A stretch of 64,000 nucleotides of DNA from an uncultured Christensenella sp. (GTDB lineage Bacteria > Bacillota > Clostridia > Christensenellales > UBA1242). The position numbers were made by a program, and so were the translations under genes. The notes under the pieces are model-generated. The model worked only from the letters and a program-made list of their open reading frames with translations. It was not told where the DNA came from and searched no databases. Within the stretch, counting starts at the first letter, position 1; each line of letters starts with the position of its first letter. This document shows, piece after piece, positions 1 through 10,069 of this stretch. The stretch covers positions 144,702 through 208,701 of the forward strand of contig CAJUGX010000001.1 in NCBI GenBank assembly GCA_910586385.1, read 5' to 3'.

Positions 1-58
1 AATCTTGTTATACAAGGAATTGTAAAACATAACATTCATAGTTTTTAGGAGGCTTAAA

Positions 59-247
59 ATGAAAACTATACACTACTGCCCCAATTGTGGACGCTGCATT
101 GGCGAAAGCACATCATCAGATGAAAGTTGCTTGTGCAAAGTTCTTACAAAAGAGCCAGCAAAATTAAAGAAACATCAATTCATAATGAAGAATACCTGCA
201 AAAAATGTAAAACTGTCATCTTTGTGTCATTAGAGTTTAAACCTTAA
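59..247 (+). CDS. Small zinc-ribbon protein (CPNCG...CKKC)
   Basis: Strong SD (TAGGAGG) 8 nt upstream of the ATG. Two CxxC pairs. Confidence 0.45.
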   Translation: MKTIHYCPNCGRCIGESTSSDESCLCKVLTKEPAKLKKHQFIMKNTCKKCKTVIFVSLEFKP

Positions 248-361
248 AGTTAGACCTTAATAGTGGACCGCAGAGTCCCAGACGAATGACAAAATGTCCA
301 CATGGACCTTAATTGTCCGGATAATGAAATTTTATCCTAAACATTTAAGGCCTTTTTTAAT

Positions 362-392
362 CCCGAGTGTTTAGGAACACTTGGGATTTTTT
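362..392 (+). terminator. Rho-independent terminator
   Basis: CCCGAGTGTT-tagg-AACACTTGGG hairpin followed by a T-run. Confidence 0.6.
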
Positions 393-559
393 CGTCAAAT
401 AACAAAAAAATGGCACACATCTGCTGTTTTAAGCATTTATCGTGACTATTTATTATTTAGGGATATTTAATAGACTCAAAATCGAAACCATAATCTTGCC
501 CTATTTTTCAGTTATTACTTATGAGAAAAAAATTTTGAAAATTTCTCAAAAATTTTCCC

Positions 560-584
560 CGCTGGGACAAATGGTGTCCCAGCG
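560..584. promoter_or_regulatory. Perfect 10-bp inverted repeat (CGCTGGGACA-aatgg-TGTCCCAGCG); candidate operator
   Basis: Read directly from the sequence. Lies ~50 bp upstream of the HTH regulator gene. GTCC/GGAC half-sites recur at 250-330. Confidence 0.5.
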
Positions 585-637
585 ACAATGTTAAAGTATG
601 CCCGTCAAAACAAAAATAAAAGGAGGTGAATAGCGAT

Positions 638-1018
638 ATGGATTTAAGAAAATCAAGCATAACAGCAGATATTCTTAATATTTTGTCGGATTGTGAAATC
701 CATACAATGCAAGAAATTGCAGACGAAGTTGAAGTTTCCAGAAAAACTGTTGTTAGACATATCCAATCACTTTCATATCGCTATCCAATCCAGACTTTTT
801 GTGGCGGCATAAATCGAGGCGGAGTTTGCTTGGATAAGAGTTATCTCTATCAAGGAAAAGTGTTGTCAAATGATGAGCTGCAACTTATCAATAAAGCCCT
901 CACTCTTTTGCAGAAGAATGAGGACGAAAACTTTGACAGCACCACATTAAATTCTTTACTTGCAAGATTTTCTCTGCCAATTGAAAAGGAGCAAGAAGAT
1001 GAGCGAAGAATTATCTAA
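638..1018 (+). CDS. Winged-helix/HTH transcriptional regulator (HTH_11/DeoR-like N-terminus)
   Basis: ORF track 626..1018. The ATG at 638 follows AAAGGAGG. Motif ILNILSD-x-HTMQEIADEVEVSRKTVVRHIQSL. Confidence 0.65.
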   Translation: MDLRKSSITADILNILSDCEIHTMQEIADEVEVSRKTVVRHIQSLSYRYPIQTFCGGINRGGVCLDKSYLYQGKVLSNDELQLINKALTLLQKNEDENFDSTTLNSLLARFSLPIEKEQEDERRII

Positions 1019-1514
1019 AAATGAAATTGAACAAAAAGATGACAGCAAAGAAATGGTTGTCATCAAATACCACGACAGAATCCATAATCAATGGATTGAT
1101 GTTGAAGTGACAAAAGAAGTTGCGAGATTTATGGAAAGCGATCGCAAAAATAGAAAAAGAGCGCAAGACAAGTTTGAGCACTACAATAAACAATTTGATG
1201 AAGTGTTTGTTCCAAGTAAGCCAAACAATGAACGTTTCTTATGCGATCCAAATGCTGACTACGAAACAATTAAAGAAAATGAAAGAAAAGAAAAATTTGA
1301 AGAATTTGAAATTGAGCATAATCGAGTGCTTGTTGAAAATTCTTTGGACTGCTTGACGCCTGATCAGAGAGAAGTTGTTGAACTTGTATTGCAAAACCTT
1401 TCTTACAGCGAAATAGCTGAAAGACTTGGGCTTGAAAACAAGCAGATCGTCACAAACAGAATGAGAAGGGCCAAGAAAAAATTAAGAAAATTTATAAAAG
1501 ACACAGAAAATTAA
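999..1514 (+). CDS. Sigma-70 region-4-like DNA-binding protein (ICE regulator)
   Basis: ORF track 960..1514. The ATG at 999 lies 7 nt after AAGGAG. C-terminus LTPDQREVVELVLQNLSYSEIAERLGLENKQIVTNRMRRAKKKLRK is typical of sigma region 4. Confidence 0.6.
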   Translation: MSEELSKNEIEQKDDSKEMVVIKYHDRIHNQWIDVEVTKEVARFMESDRKNRKRAQDKFEHYNKQFDEVFVPSKPNNERFLCDPNADYETIKENERKEKFEEFEIEHNRVLVENSLDCLTPDQREVVELVLQNLSYSEIAERLGLENKQIVTNRMRRAKKKLRKFIKDTEN

Positions 1515-1600
1515 AAATTTTTTCAAAAAAAGTAGGCACCGATTTCAAAAACCTGTCCCTATATAGTATGAAGGGGCAAAAAAGTTTTCATTGAGTTTTG

Positions 1601-1629
1601 ATATTGAACTAAAACTCAAAAAATTTTTA
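1601..1629. promoter_or_regulatory. 9-bp perfect inverted repeat (TTGAGTTTT...AAAACTCAA); candidate oriT or operator hairpin
   Basis: Read directly. Lies in the 125-bp gap upstream of the relaxase operon. Confidence 0.25.
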
Positions 1630-1639
1630 AGGAGACATT

Positions 1640-2080
1640 ATGAACGAACAATACACTATTCGTGTTTATGACACAAGACTTGTTTCAAAGGTTGAAGAAC
1701 TCTACAAAAATTGCAGAGACATCTACACGTCAAAAAATCCATTTATGGTTGATTGCTTGGTGAGAGGCATGGAAGTCATTGAAAAGGATTTGTTTGGAAC
1801 AAGCGAAACTGACAATGTTGATGAACTTTACAACGAAGTTAAACTCACTGTCAAAAAACTTGATAATCTCTTGAAACTTTGTGAGAAGTCAGCAAAGGAA
1901 AGCATAGCAAACATTCAAATCAATCAAAGACTTTTGTCATGCAACTACAATATGCTTCTGGGCTTGTCAGAAAATAAGCCAAAGAGAAAAGAAGAAGTTG
2001 ACGGTGGTTGGTGTGATAATCTTCCTACCCGCTTGGAAGAAGTCATGGAAGAACTCATACAACATTTTTCAAGTAAATGA
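1640..2080 (+). CDS. Hypothetical protein (position of a relaxosome accessory factor)
   Basis: SD AAGGAG. ATGA stop/start overlap with the relaxase gene. Confidence 0.55.
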   Translation: MNEQYTIRVYDTRLVSKVEELYKNCRDIYTSKNPFMVDCLVRGMEVIEKDLFGTSETDNVDELYNEVKLTVKKLDNLLKLCEKSAKESIANIQINQRLLSCNYNMLLGLSENKPKRKEEVDGGWCDNLPTRLEEVMEELIQHFSSK

Positions 2081-3267
2081 GTGTGCCAAATGTAAATCTG
2101 TTTCTTGGCTATGTTGATTGTTTGAGAGGAAAAAGCAGCAAAGACAGATATGTAAAGGAAAACTTTGAAGCACGAAGATTTTACAGCGCAGGAAAAGACT
2201 ATGACTATGTGAAATATGTGCAAAACGGAAGTAAAGAAAAAATAGATTTTGTTGACTATTCTGGAAACGAAGAAAAGAGTAAAGGCATTTTTAATGAAAA
2301 TGGACTTTTGAATGAACAACAAATAAAAGAATTGCGCACAAAACTACGAGACACTGACAGCACAATTTGGCATGGTGTTATTTCCTTTACAGAAGAATTT
2401 GGAGACAACTATTGTGACGATTATGAAAAAGCTTATAACCTTATGAAAACGCAGTTGCCAAAGTTTTTTAAATATGCAGGACTAAATCCAGACAATATGA
2501 TCTGGTTTGCAGGCTTGCATGAAAACACTGACAACAAGCATATTCATTTCTCTTTCTTCGAGAAAGCCCCTTTAAGAACGAGACAAGGTCGCAAAGGCAA
2601 ATTCTATTCACAGGGCCTTTTATATAAAACTGCCCTACGTTGCTTTAAAGTCTCAATTGAACTGCATTTGCTGAACATCTACAAAGAAATAGGCCAACAC
2701 AGAAAAGAACTGACAAACTCAATGAAAGAAGGACTAAATATAGGAGCATTTATGAAAAATATAAAATCTCTCATTTTCATTCTTCCAGATAAAGGAAGAT
2801 TAAGCTATGAAAGCGAAAACATTAAGCCATTCAAGCCACAAATTGATTTGATTGTAAATTCAATCATAAACGCAAACAAAGACTTAAAAGAAAAGTTTGA
2901 CAACCTTGAGAAGATCCTAAGCGTTAGAGATAACGAACTCTTGAAAGCATATTCCAAACTGAAAATCAATTATTCAGACAAGCTTTTGCATGATAAGTGC
3001 ATTTATGACATTTATCGCAGACTTGGAAATCTTGTTTTGCTTACGGTGAAAGAAATCCGCATGGAACAACAAAGATTGGACTATGAAACAAGAAATCGCC
3101 TTGTGCGAAAAAGGATTGACAAAATCAAAAGAAAGGCACTTATCAAAAAGTGTATGCAACTAAGCGATCTTGTCAACCGAGAGATTGTTTCTGCCTTTCA
3201 AGAATATTTGGACAAACTTGAAGAAGCAAATTTCAAAATCATGAAAGAAGAAGGACTTTTGGATTGA
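2077..3267 (+). CDS. Conjugative relaxase (MobA/VirD2-type relaxase domain)
   Basis: WHGVISFTEEF and the histidine triad LHENTDNKHIHFSF (HxDx3HxH-like). Position is immediately upstream of the T4CP. Confidence 0.7.
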   Translation: MSVPNVNLFLGYVDCLRGKSSKDRYVKENFEARRFYSAGKDYDYVKYVQNGSKEKIDFVDYSGNEEKSKGIFNENGLLNEQQIKELRTKLRDTDSTIWHGVISFTEEFGDNYCDDYEKAYNLMKTQLPKFFKYAGLNPDNMIWFAGLHENTDNKHIHFSFFEKAPLRTRQGRKGKFYSQGLLYKTALRCFKVSIELHLLNIYKEIGQHRKELTNSMKEGLNIGAFMKNIKSLIFILPDKGRLSYESENIKPFKPQIDLIVNSIINANKDLKEKFDNLEKILSVRDNELLKAYSKLKINYSDKLLHDKCIYDIYRRLGNLVLLTVKEIRMEQQRLDYETRNRLVRKRIDKIKRKALIKKCMQLSDLVNREIVSAFQEYLDKLEEANFKIMKEEGLLD

Positions 3268-5453
3268 ACATAAAGACCTGTGGATTAAAGATTTTGAAGA
3301 AAGTCATTATTGGACTTGCCATTTTCTTTGCCTGCTTTGTTTGTGGATATTTAATCAATATGTTTGTATCAAACAATTTTGTGTTTGAATTTAAACTTGA
3401 TCCTGCTTTGCTTGTGGCAGGAAAAACTTGGCTTTACACTTTGTTTCTTATGTCGATTTTCTTTGTCTTGTGGTTGTTTGCTTGGTTTAAAGGGATTGGC
3501 AAAAATCCTAAAACAATCATGCAAGCAAATGAGAAAGACAAAGATATTTACACTGGACTTGAACAAGCGCATTTTCAAACTGACAAAGAAATTCAAAAGA
3601 ATTTCCAAACAGTTGACTATACAGATTTGCCAAAAACGGATATTGAAGGTATCCCCGTAAAAGCCGAAGAAACTGCAAAAGGATATAAAATCACTTTTGC
3701 AAAGCCAGCGCACACTCTCATTATCGGAACAACTGGCTCTGGTAAAACAACAACTTTCATCAATCCCGTTGTGCAAATCTTATCCAACACACAAAATCAA
3801 CCGTCAATGTTGCTTTCAGATCCAAAGGGCGAATTGTATGCCCTACACGCCAAAAGCCTTATAAATCGTGGCTATGATGTGAAAGTGCTTGATTTGAGAA
3901 ACCCTTATTGCTCAATCCGTTGGAATCCACTTGAAAGGCCTTATATGCTTTATCAAGAAATGCTTTCCTTAGATGACAAAGTCCATTTGAACGAAGAAGA
4001 AGGATATTATGTTTTTGAAGGAAAGATCTATTACAGCGAAGAAGAAAAAAGCGCAGCAGTGCAAGTAAGAAAACAAGAAATCTTTGACGAAGTATATGAA
4101 GATTTAAACGACATTTGTTCTGTTCTCTGCCCTGTCACAAACAAGTCAGAGCCAATTTGGGAAAGTGGCGCAAAGAACTTTATTTTGGCGATCACTCTTG
4201 CCATGCTTGAAGATAGCGAAGAACCTAAGCTTGGAATGACAAAAGAGAAATTCAATTTCTACAACATTATGAAGATTGCCACGAACACGCAAAACGATTG
4301 TGAAGATCTTATGGACTATTTCAAAAATAGAAGCCCGATTTCAAAAAGTGTCAGTCTTTCAAAACAAGTGCTTGACGCCAGCGATAAAACAAGAGGATCT
4401 TATCTGTCAACAATCTTTGACAAACTTTCAATGTTTAGCGACATGAGTATTTGTTCTTTGACAAGTGCAAACGAAATCAATTTTGGCGAAATTGCAACAA
4501 AGCCAACAGCTTTATTCTTGCAAATCCCAGATGAGAAAGAAACAAGACATACACTTGCTGCCATGGTTATTTTGCAAGCCTACAAAGCACTTGTCGCAAA
4601 AGCAAACACCTACCCAGACTTGTCTTTGCCAAGAAGTGTTTACTTTCTTCTTGACGAATTTGGCAACCTGCCAAAAGTCCACAAACTTGAACAGATGATT
4701 ACTGTTGGCCGAAGTAGAAAGATTTGGCTTTCACTTGTTGTGCAATCATACGCCCAGCTTGCAAAAGTTTATGATGACAAGAGTGCTGACATTATCAAAT
4801 CAAACTGCAACATTCAAATTTTCATTGGAACAACAGATTTGAAAACTATTGAGGAATTTTCTAAAAAATGTGGAAACTTCTCACTTGTCCAACGAAATGT
4901 CAGCTTGTCAACATCAAATGACAATATTGGAAGCTCTGTTAGTGTAAAAGAAAGACCGCTCATATATCCAACGGAATTGCAACAACTCAACAGCCCAGAC
5001 AATATGGGAAATGCAATTGTCAATGTATTTGGCTTTTCGCCAATACGAAGCAAATACACGCCAAGTTATAAAAGCAAATATTTTGTTTTGGAAAAGACAA
5101 ATCAACTTTTATCTGAAGGCAAGTATTTCAATGAAAAGCAAGTCTTTTACGATATGCTTGAAAGAAACAAAAGTGTTATGCGAAGGGACAAACATGAAAC
5201 TTTCAAATTTGACATTACGCCATTCATTGAAAGTTTTAAAATTCAAATTGAAAAATTTGACTTTGAAAGTTTAGGTTGCTTTGAATATAAATTTGAACTC
5301 TTGAAAGCACTTGACAATCACGATTTTGACTTGGTTAATCAACGAGTGCAAGAAATAGCAAAGATGATTGAAAAGACTGGAACAGACGATTATGGATACG
5401 CTACAAACCTTATTATGAAAGCTGAACAATTAAAAAGGTTGGTGAAACAATGA
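3264..5453 (+). CDS. virD4: Type IV coupling protein (VirD4/TraG family)
   Basis: Two N-terminal TM segments. Walker A LIIGTTGSGKTT, Walker B VYFLLDEFGNLP. TTG start overlaps the upstream TGA (TTGA). Confidence 0.85.
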   Translation: MNIKTCGLKILKKVIIGLAIFFACFVCGYLINMFVSNNFVFEFKLDPALLVAGKTWLYTLFLMSIFFVLWLFAWFKGIGKNPKTIMQANEKDKDIYTGLEQAHFQTDKEIQKNFQTVDYTDLPKTDIEGIPVKAEETAKGYKITFAKPAHTLIIGTTGSGKTTTFINPVVQILSNTQNQPSMLLSDPKGELYALHAKSLINRGYDVKVLDLRNPYCSIRWNPLERPYMLYQEMLSLDDKVHLNEEEGYYVFEGKIYYSEEEKSAAVQVRKQEIFDEVYEDLNDICSVLCPVTNKSEPIWESGAKNFILAITLAMLEDSEEPKLGMTKEKFNFYNIMKIATNTQNDCEDLMDYFKNRSPISKSVSLSKQVLDASDKTRGSYLSTIFDKLSMFSDMSICSLTSANEINFGEIATKPTALFLQIPDEKETRHTLAAMVILQAYKALVAKANTYPDLSLPRSVYFLLDEFGNLPKVHKLEQMITVGRSRKIWLSLVVQSYAQLAKVYDDKSADIIKSNCNIQIFIGTTDLKTIEEFSKKCGNFSLVQRNVSLSTSNDNIGSSVSVKERPLIYPTELQQLNSPDNMGNAIVNVFGFSPIRSKYTPSYKSKYFVLEKTNQLLSEGKYFNEKQVFYDMLERNKSVMRRDKHETFKFDITPFIESFKIQIEKFDFESLGCFEYKFELLKALDNHDFDLVNQRVQEIAKMIEKTGTDDYGYATNLIMKAEQLKRLVKQ

Positions 5454-8400
5454 CAACAAAATTAAAACACTCTTTTATTGCCCTTTTGTGTATAATTTTT
5501 TGCATATTTCCAGCAGCTTTAATTTCAATAAACCTTTCGCCAAGCCAAACCGCTGACGCTGTTATCATTGGACCGATTGTCGATCCGGGTGGAGTTATTG
5601 CACCTATACAACCGTCAGAGCCAGATTATGGACCAACAGCAAAGGAATGGAGCAACAGCACTGGCGTCCCAACGGCAAAACCAAACGCTGACGGAAGTCT
5701 AAAATCTTACAAATCTTTATATGTGAAAAACGATAAGTTTTTCAAAGTTTACAGTCCAGACAGAAGATATGGATCTGTTGTTAAATATTTCAAAGTTGTA
5801 AGAACTGACGGACGACCAATCTATGATGATGACGGAATCCTTGACGTTTCTTGGAACACATCTGTCGCAGCAGACGAAGTTGTTGACTATGCAGCAAACT
5901 TATATATCCAAACTCAAATGGCATACTACACTTGGAATGGCTTTTGTGGAACTGTCCTTTATGACAAGTTTGAAAGCGGAAGTTTTCCACTTCGTTGGAA
6001 TACTGGAAACACTGTCAACGAGTCTGTGATTTTTGTTATGCCAGATGAAAATCTAAATAACTATGGTGCCGGTGCCTACAAAAACAATGGAATAAATCCC
6101 GGATATGATTATTTTAAACTGACAGACATACACCGCTTTGATACACCTATGTTTTCCGTAAGCCTTAAAGGAAAAGGTTATTGGGAAAATTGTTTTTGGG
6201 GTGGCTGTTTTGACTATGTCAGTTTTGATGATAACTTGACAGGATATATTTCACGCGCAAACCGAAACTGGAAAAACACACTTGAAGCAAGTGGAGTTGG
6301 CAGAGGCGGATATAATGGCGGACAAGCCTTTTACTCGCCAAAACCTTTCACTGCAATTGCAACAAACTTAAACAACTATATCAAATACAATGGAGTGCAA
6401 GCAACCCCCGCTTCCGGAACTGATATTGTGCCTTACAAAGACGGACATCATATCAGCATTTCAAAAGAAGGAATAACAAAGATTGAAATCGAAAATGGTG
6501 CAGAAGGCTTATACACCCCATATTATTGCTTTGTTGACACGAAACTGCCCGACATCAGTTATTCATACCACAACGCCAATGCTACTGAATTAAGACGCGT
6601 TGGTGCCATTACAACAACTGCAAGTGGCGCTAAACAGCAATCAATCTATGAAGGCGTTTTCCGCGATCAAGTGCAAGTGAATTTTGGAACAACCGAAGGT
6701 GAATGTCCAGAAACCGCCACCTACAAATATAATGGTAAAACTTATGACCTTAAAAGTGGAACTTGGCTTTCACAAGAAGGAAGATATGAAGTCACTGTCA
6801 CTGATTTTGCAGGAAATACAACAATAAGCACTTTTGATATTGATTGTTCTTATCCTACACTCAACAGCCAAAGACTTTCAAATGACAAAACATACAAAGT
6901 CTCTCGTTGGTGGTTGGTTGATGTTCCTTATGGCTACAAAGACTTTGGAACTTACTCTTTTGGCATATTGGATTGGGCGGAAGATTTCGCCATGCAAGCT
7001 GAAAGAAACACGCACGTCACAAATTATCACTTGGATAATATTGATGACTTTTACAACACTCATCTTGTTGCAAGTGGAAACACCATCAAAGTTGGAGATT
7101 ATTGGTATTATAAATCAATAAACAATCCAAACTTGTTTGTCTATTATTTTGACGAAAACTCATTAAATGAAGCTTTAAGATTTTATTCCAAAAATTTTGT
7201 TTCAGCTGAACAAAAATATAAAATCAATTCAACTTTCTCGCCAAATAATTATGGCAACAAATTAGACGATTCCATGTATCACAACATTATTTTCAAAAAT
7301 CTCATGTCAGCCTACTATGCCAACAATTTTATTTTCCGATCTGACGATATAAATGACAGCTACAAAATTTATTACGATTTTGCGGAAGATGATATTGAAG
7401 ATTGGAAAGAACTGCAATATGGAAAAACCTTTGGAAGTCAAGCAAACATTCATGGTTTGTATTGTATAAAAGAAGTTGACTTTGCAGGACATGAAATTTG
7501 TTATTATGTTTTCTTGGATTTACAAACACCTATTATAGATTTTGAAGCAAAAATCTATGGAAAAGAAAAAACAATAAAACAATCAATCTCTGTCAAAGAT
7601 ATTCCAGAAAATCACGAACTCATTTTCTATTATGAAACTTTCAAGATAACGAATGTTATGGAAGATGACAAGTGGTGGATTATGGAAGTCAAAGATCCAA
7701 ATGGTAAGATCGCAAGATACACCTACCTTGATGAACTGCCAGACTTTGACGGATACGATCCCGGTGAATATACAATCTCTGTCGCAGACAGATTGTCAAA
7801 TGTTTTCACTTTCAAAGTTTGTTTACTTGGCAAAGCGCCAGAAGCAATCTTCACTGATATAAACGCTAAAATGCAATTGAAAATTGACATCAAGTGCAGC
7901 GAAGATTACAACTATGTTGATGTGCTTAAAATCTATCGAAATGGTGTTTGCTTAAACTCTGAACTTGGCTATGATGAATTTCCAAATGACGACTCAAACT
8001 CTCTTATTTTTATCGACAAGAACACCCTATCCTACATCTTCAACAAAGGTGGAACTTATGTTGTTGAAATAACAGACAACTTTGGTAGGGTTGTTTCCTA
8101 CGAATATAAATTTGAGAAAGACTTGCCAATGGGCAATCTTATTGGAGTTGAACATAATGGACGCACAAATAGCGAAGTGAAATTCATTTACAACACAGAC
8201 AAGTTTTATGTTGCGATTGAAAACAACGGAAAAGTTTTCTTGCCAGAAGAAGAAATTGACAAGAACTTAAAAACTCTTACTTTCAATCCAATTGAAAACT
8301 CACAAAACAATTTTACGATCAAACTTATAGACCGATCTGATGATGAAAACTACAATATTTACTCTTTCACAATCAAATCAATCAAACCTATTCTCAATCT

Positions 8401-9895
8401 TTTTGGAGTTGAAAATGGTGGAAAAACTGGTGGCACAGTTTACGCATTATGGGAAAACACTGATGAACAATACACCGCTTCATACAGCCATAATGGCAAA
8501 ACACAAGAATACAAAAAAGGACAAATCCTTACAATTGACGGAAAGTATGAAATCACACTTTATGACGAAATAGGAAATTTCACAACAGTAAATTTTGAAA
8601 TAGACAAATCCATTGACTTTACAATCGCAGATGTCAACGGAAACACTTACTCACTTGAAGAAATTAAAATTATCAATTTTGATATAAGACTTATAGACCA
8701 AGAGCCACTTACAATTTCCATTACAAAAGACAAAAAAGATTTTGAGTATGAGTTTGGACTTATGATAACAGAAGAAGGATATTATGAAGTTAGACTTATT
8801 GATGAGTTTAACAACTCAATCTTCTTCTCTTTCACGATTGACAAAACACCACCCGTTGCGACTTTATATGGCGTTGCCGAATATGGCAAAACAAACAAAA
8901 GTGCATGGGTGACTTCAACAGAAGCAAACCTTATTTGTTGGTATCTTATCAATGACGAATACAAAGATGTTTATCGTCTTGGACAAGAGCTTACTGAAAG
9001 CGGGAAATATTTAGTTTGCATTTCAGATCAAGCAAGCAATCTCATCACATTTGAATTTGAAATTGACCGATCAATTGCCTACGATATAAACACTTATCGT
9101 GGCGGAATTTCAAATGGCGGTGTTAGACTTGTTGCTTATGAAAATTTGAAAATCTATATGACAAAAGACAATCAATATTTTGAATATGCTTTTGAGCAAA
9201 TTCTTAATGACGAAGGCGAATATTCTTACACGATTTTTGATGATTTAGGAAACAAAGAAATTGGATTTTTCACAATCATAAAAAAGAACAAACAAAACTT
9301 AAATCACATCCTACAAGAAGATATACAAATCAAAAACATTACAAAGAATGATGAAGATTTTGAATATGAACTTAAAGACGGAAACCTTTATCTTTTTGAT
9401 GAAGGCACTTACAATGTTGAAGTTGTAGACAACAAAACAAATAAAGAATATTCCTTTGTTATCACAATTGACACCACCCCACCGACACTTGAAATTACAG
9501 GCGTTGAAAATGGTGGAACAACCAAAAAGATTGTCACATTGAAAAACGTTTCCGAAACACCTTATGAACTTATCATCTTCGTTGACGGAGTAAAGTTTGA
9601 ATATAAACTTGGAGACGAAATTGAAAAGTGTGGAAGATTTCAAATAACTCTACTTGACGAAGCTGGCAATAAAACCGAATATTCTTTTGAAAGAGAATAT
9701 TCTCTCAATGCAGCAAGCGTTGGAGTTATTGCAGGATTTGGAGTTTTAATTTTATTACTCATCATCTTGCTTGTGAAATCAAGACATCACTATTACAAAG
9801 ATGAAAACATTGAAGAAGAAATCACAGAAACCACTATCGAAGAAGATATTGGATCTGAAAATGATGAAAATGCCCAAATTGATGAAAATCAATAG
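5450..9895 (+). CDS. Large surface adhesin-like protein: signal peptide, at least nine repeated modules, C-terminal TM anchor and acidic tail
   Basis: The motif G-x-Y-x-V-x-V-x-D-x-(A/L)GN-x-(T/S)-x-x-F-x-ID recurs at least 9 times. C-terminal hydrophobic stretch VIAGFGVLILLLIILLV. Confidence 0.8.
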   Translation: MTTKLKHSFIALLCIIFCIFPAALISINLSPSQTADAVIIGPIVDPGGVIAPIQPSEPDYGPTAKEWSNSTGVPTAKPNADGSLKSYKSLYVKNDKFFKVYSPDRRYGSVVKYFKVVRTDGRPIYDDDGILDVSWNTSVAADEVVDYAANLYIQTQMAYYTWNGFCGTVLYDKFESGSFPLRWNTGNTVNESVIFVMPDENLNNYGAGAYKNNGINPGYDYFKLTDIHRFDTPMFSVSLKGKGYWENCFWGGCFDYVSFDDNLTGYISRANRNWKNTLEASGVGRGGYNGGQAFYSPKPFTAIATNLNNYIKYNGVQATPASGTDIVPYKDGHHISISKEGITKIEIENGAEGLYTPYYCFVDTKLPDISYSYHNANATELRRVGAITTTASGAKQQSIYEGVFRDQVQVNFGTTEGECPETATYKYNGKTYDLKSGTWLSQEGRYEVTVTDFAGNTTISTFDIDCSYPTLNSQRLSNDKTYKVSRWWLVDVPYGYKDFGTYSFGILDWAEDFAMQAERNTHVTNYHLDNIDDFYNTHLVASGNTIKVGDYWYYKSINNPNLFVYYFDENSLNEALRFYSKNFVSAEQKYKINSTFSPNNYGNKLDDSMYHNIIFKNLMSAYYANNFIFRSDDINDSYKIYYDFAEDDIEDWKELQYGKTFGSQANIHGLYCIKEVDFAGHEICYYVFLDLQTPIIDFEAKIYGKEKTIKQSISVKDIPENHELIFYYETFKITNVMEDDKWWIMEVKDPNGKIARYTYLDELPDFDGYDPGEYTISVADRLSNVFTFKVCLLGKAPEAIFTDINAKMQLKIDIKCSEDYNYVDVLKIYRNGVCLNSELGYDEFPNDDSNSLIFIDKNTLSYIFNKGGTYVVEITDNFGRVVSYEYKFEKDLPMGNLIGVEHNGRTNSEVKFIYNTDKFYVAIENNGKVFLPEEEIDKNLKTLTFNPIENSQNNFTIKLIDRSDDENYNIYSFTIKSIKPILNLFGVENGGKTGGTVYALWENTDEQYTASYSHNGKTQEYKKGQILTIDGKYEITLYDEIGNFTTVNFEIDKSIDFTIADVNGNTYSLEEIKIINFDIRLIDQEPLTISITKDKKDFEYEFGLMITEEGYYEVRLIDEFNNSIFFSFTIDKTPPVATLYGVAEYGKTNKSAWVTSTEANLICWYLINDEYKDVYRLGQELTESGKYLVCISDQASNLITFEFEIDRSIAYDINTYRGGISNGGVRLVAYENLKIYMTKDNQYFEYAFEQILNDEGEYSYTIFDDLGNKEIGFFTIIKKNKQNLNHILQEDIQIKNITKNDEDFEYELKDGNLYLFDEGTYNVEVVDNKTNKEYSFVITIDTTPPTLEITGVENGGTTKKIVTLKNVSETPYELIIFVDGVKFEYKLGDEIEKCGRFQITLLDEAGNKTEYSFEREYSLNAASVGVIAGFGVLILLLIILLVKSRHHYYKDENIEEEITETTIEEDIGSENDENAQIDENQ

Positions 9896-9933
9896 GGATT
9901 TTATACAAATTTATAGCAAGCAGGATAAGAGCA

Positions 9934-10023
9934 GACTCAAAATCGCAAAGCCAACGCCTACAACCCCCTAAAATAAAGGGGTTTAGCTGCCTCAGCCTTA
10001 AAGGTGGGCTGATGCGATTTTGA
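9934..10023 (+). ncRNA. Candidate structured leader RNA (three-way junction); family unknown
   Basis: Perfect 11-bp closing stem (9937-9947 TCAAAATCGCA / 10013-10023 TGCGATTTTGA). It encloses two hairpins, CCCC-9nt-GGGG and CAGCC-9nt-GGCTG. A terminator-like hairpin follows. Confidence 0.3.
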
Positions 10024-10044
10024 CTCATCTCTCTTTCCGAAAGC

Positions 10045-10069
10045 AAGTGTGAAACCCACTTCTTTTTTT
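10045..10069 (+). terminator. Weak intrinsic terminator or attenuator
   Basis: AAGTG-tgaaacc-CACTT stem followed by T7. Confidence 0.4.

Noticed and set aside
960-998. N-terminal extensions given by the ORF track for several genes (starts at 626, 960, 16087, 18247, 18554, 19953, 21469, 22547, 29011, 37183, 59675, 63329)
   Set aside because: These upstream starts overlap the preceding gene or lack an SD. An internal ATG with a well-spaced SD exists in each case and was used instead.
9941-9970. Resemblance of CGCAAAGCC...CCUACAACC to the class I c-di-GMP riboswitch core
   Set aside because: I could not rebuild the full two-hairpin aptamer with tetraloop and receptor from the sequence. A 9-nt match is not enough. 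It is reported only as an unclassified structured element.
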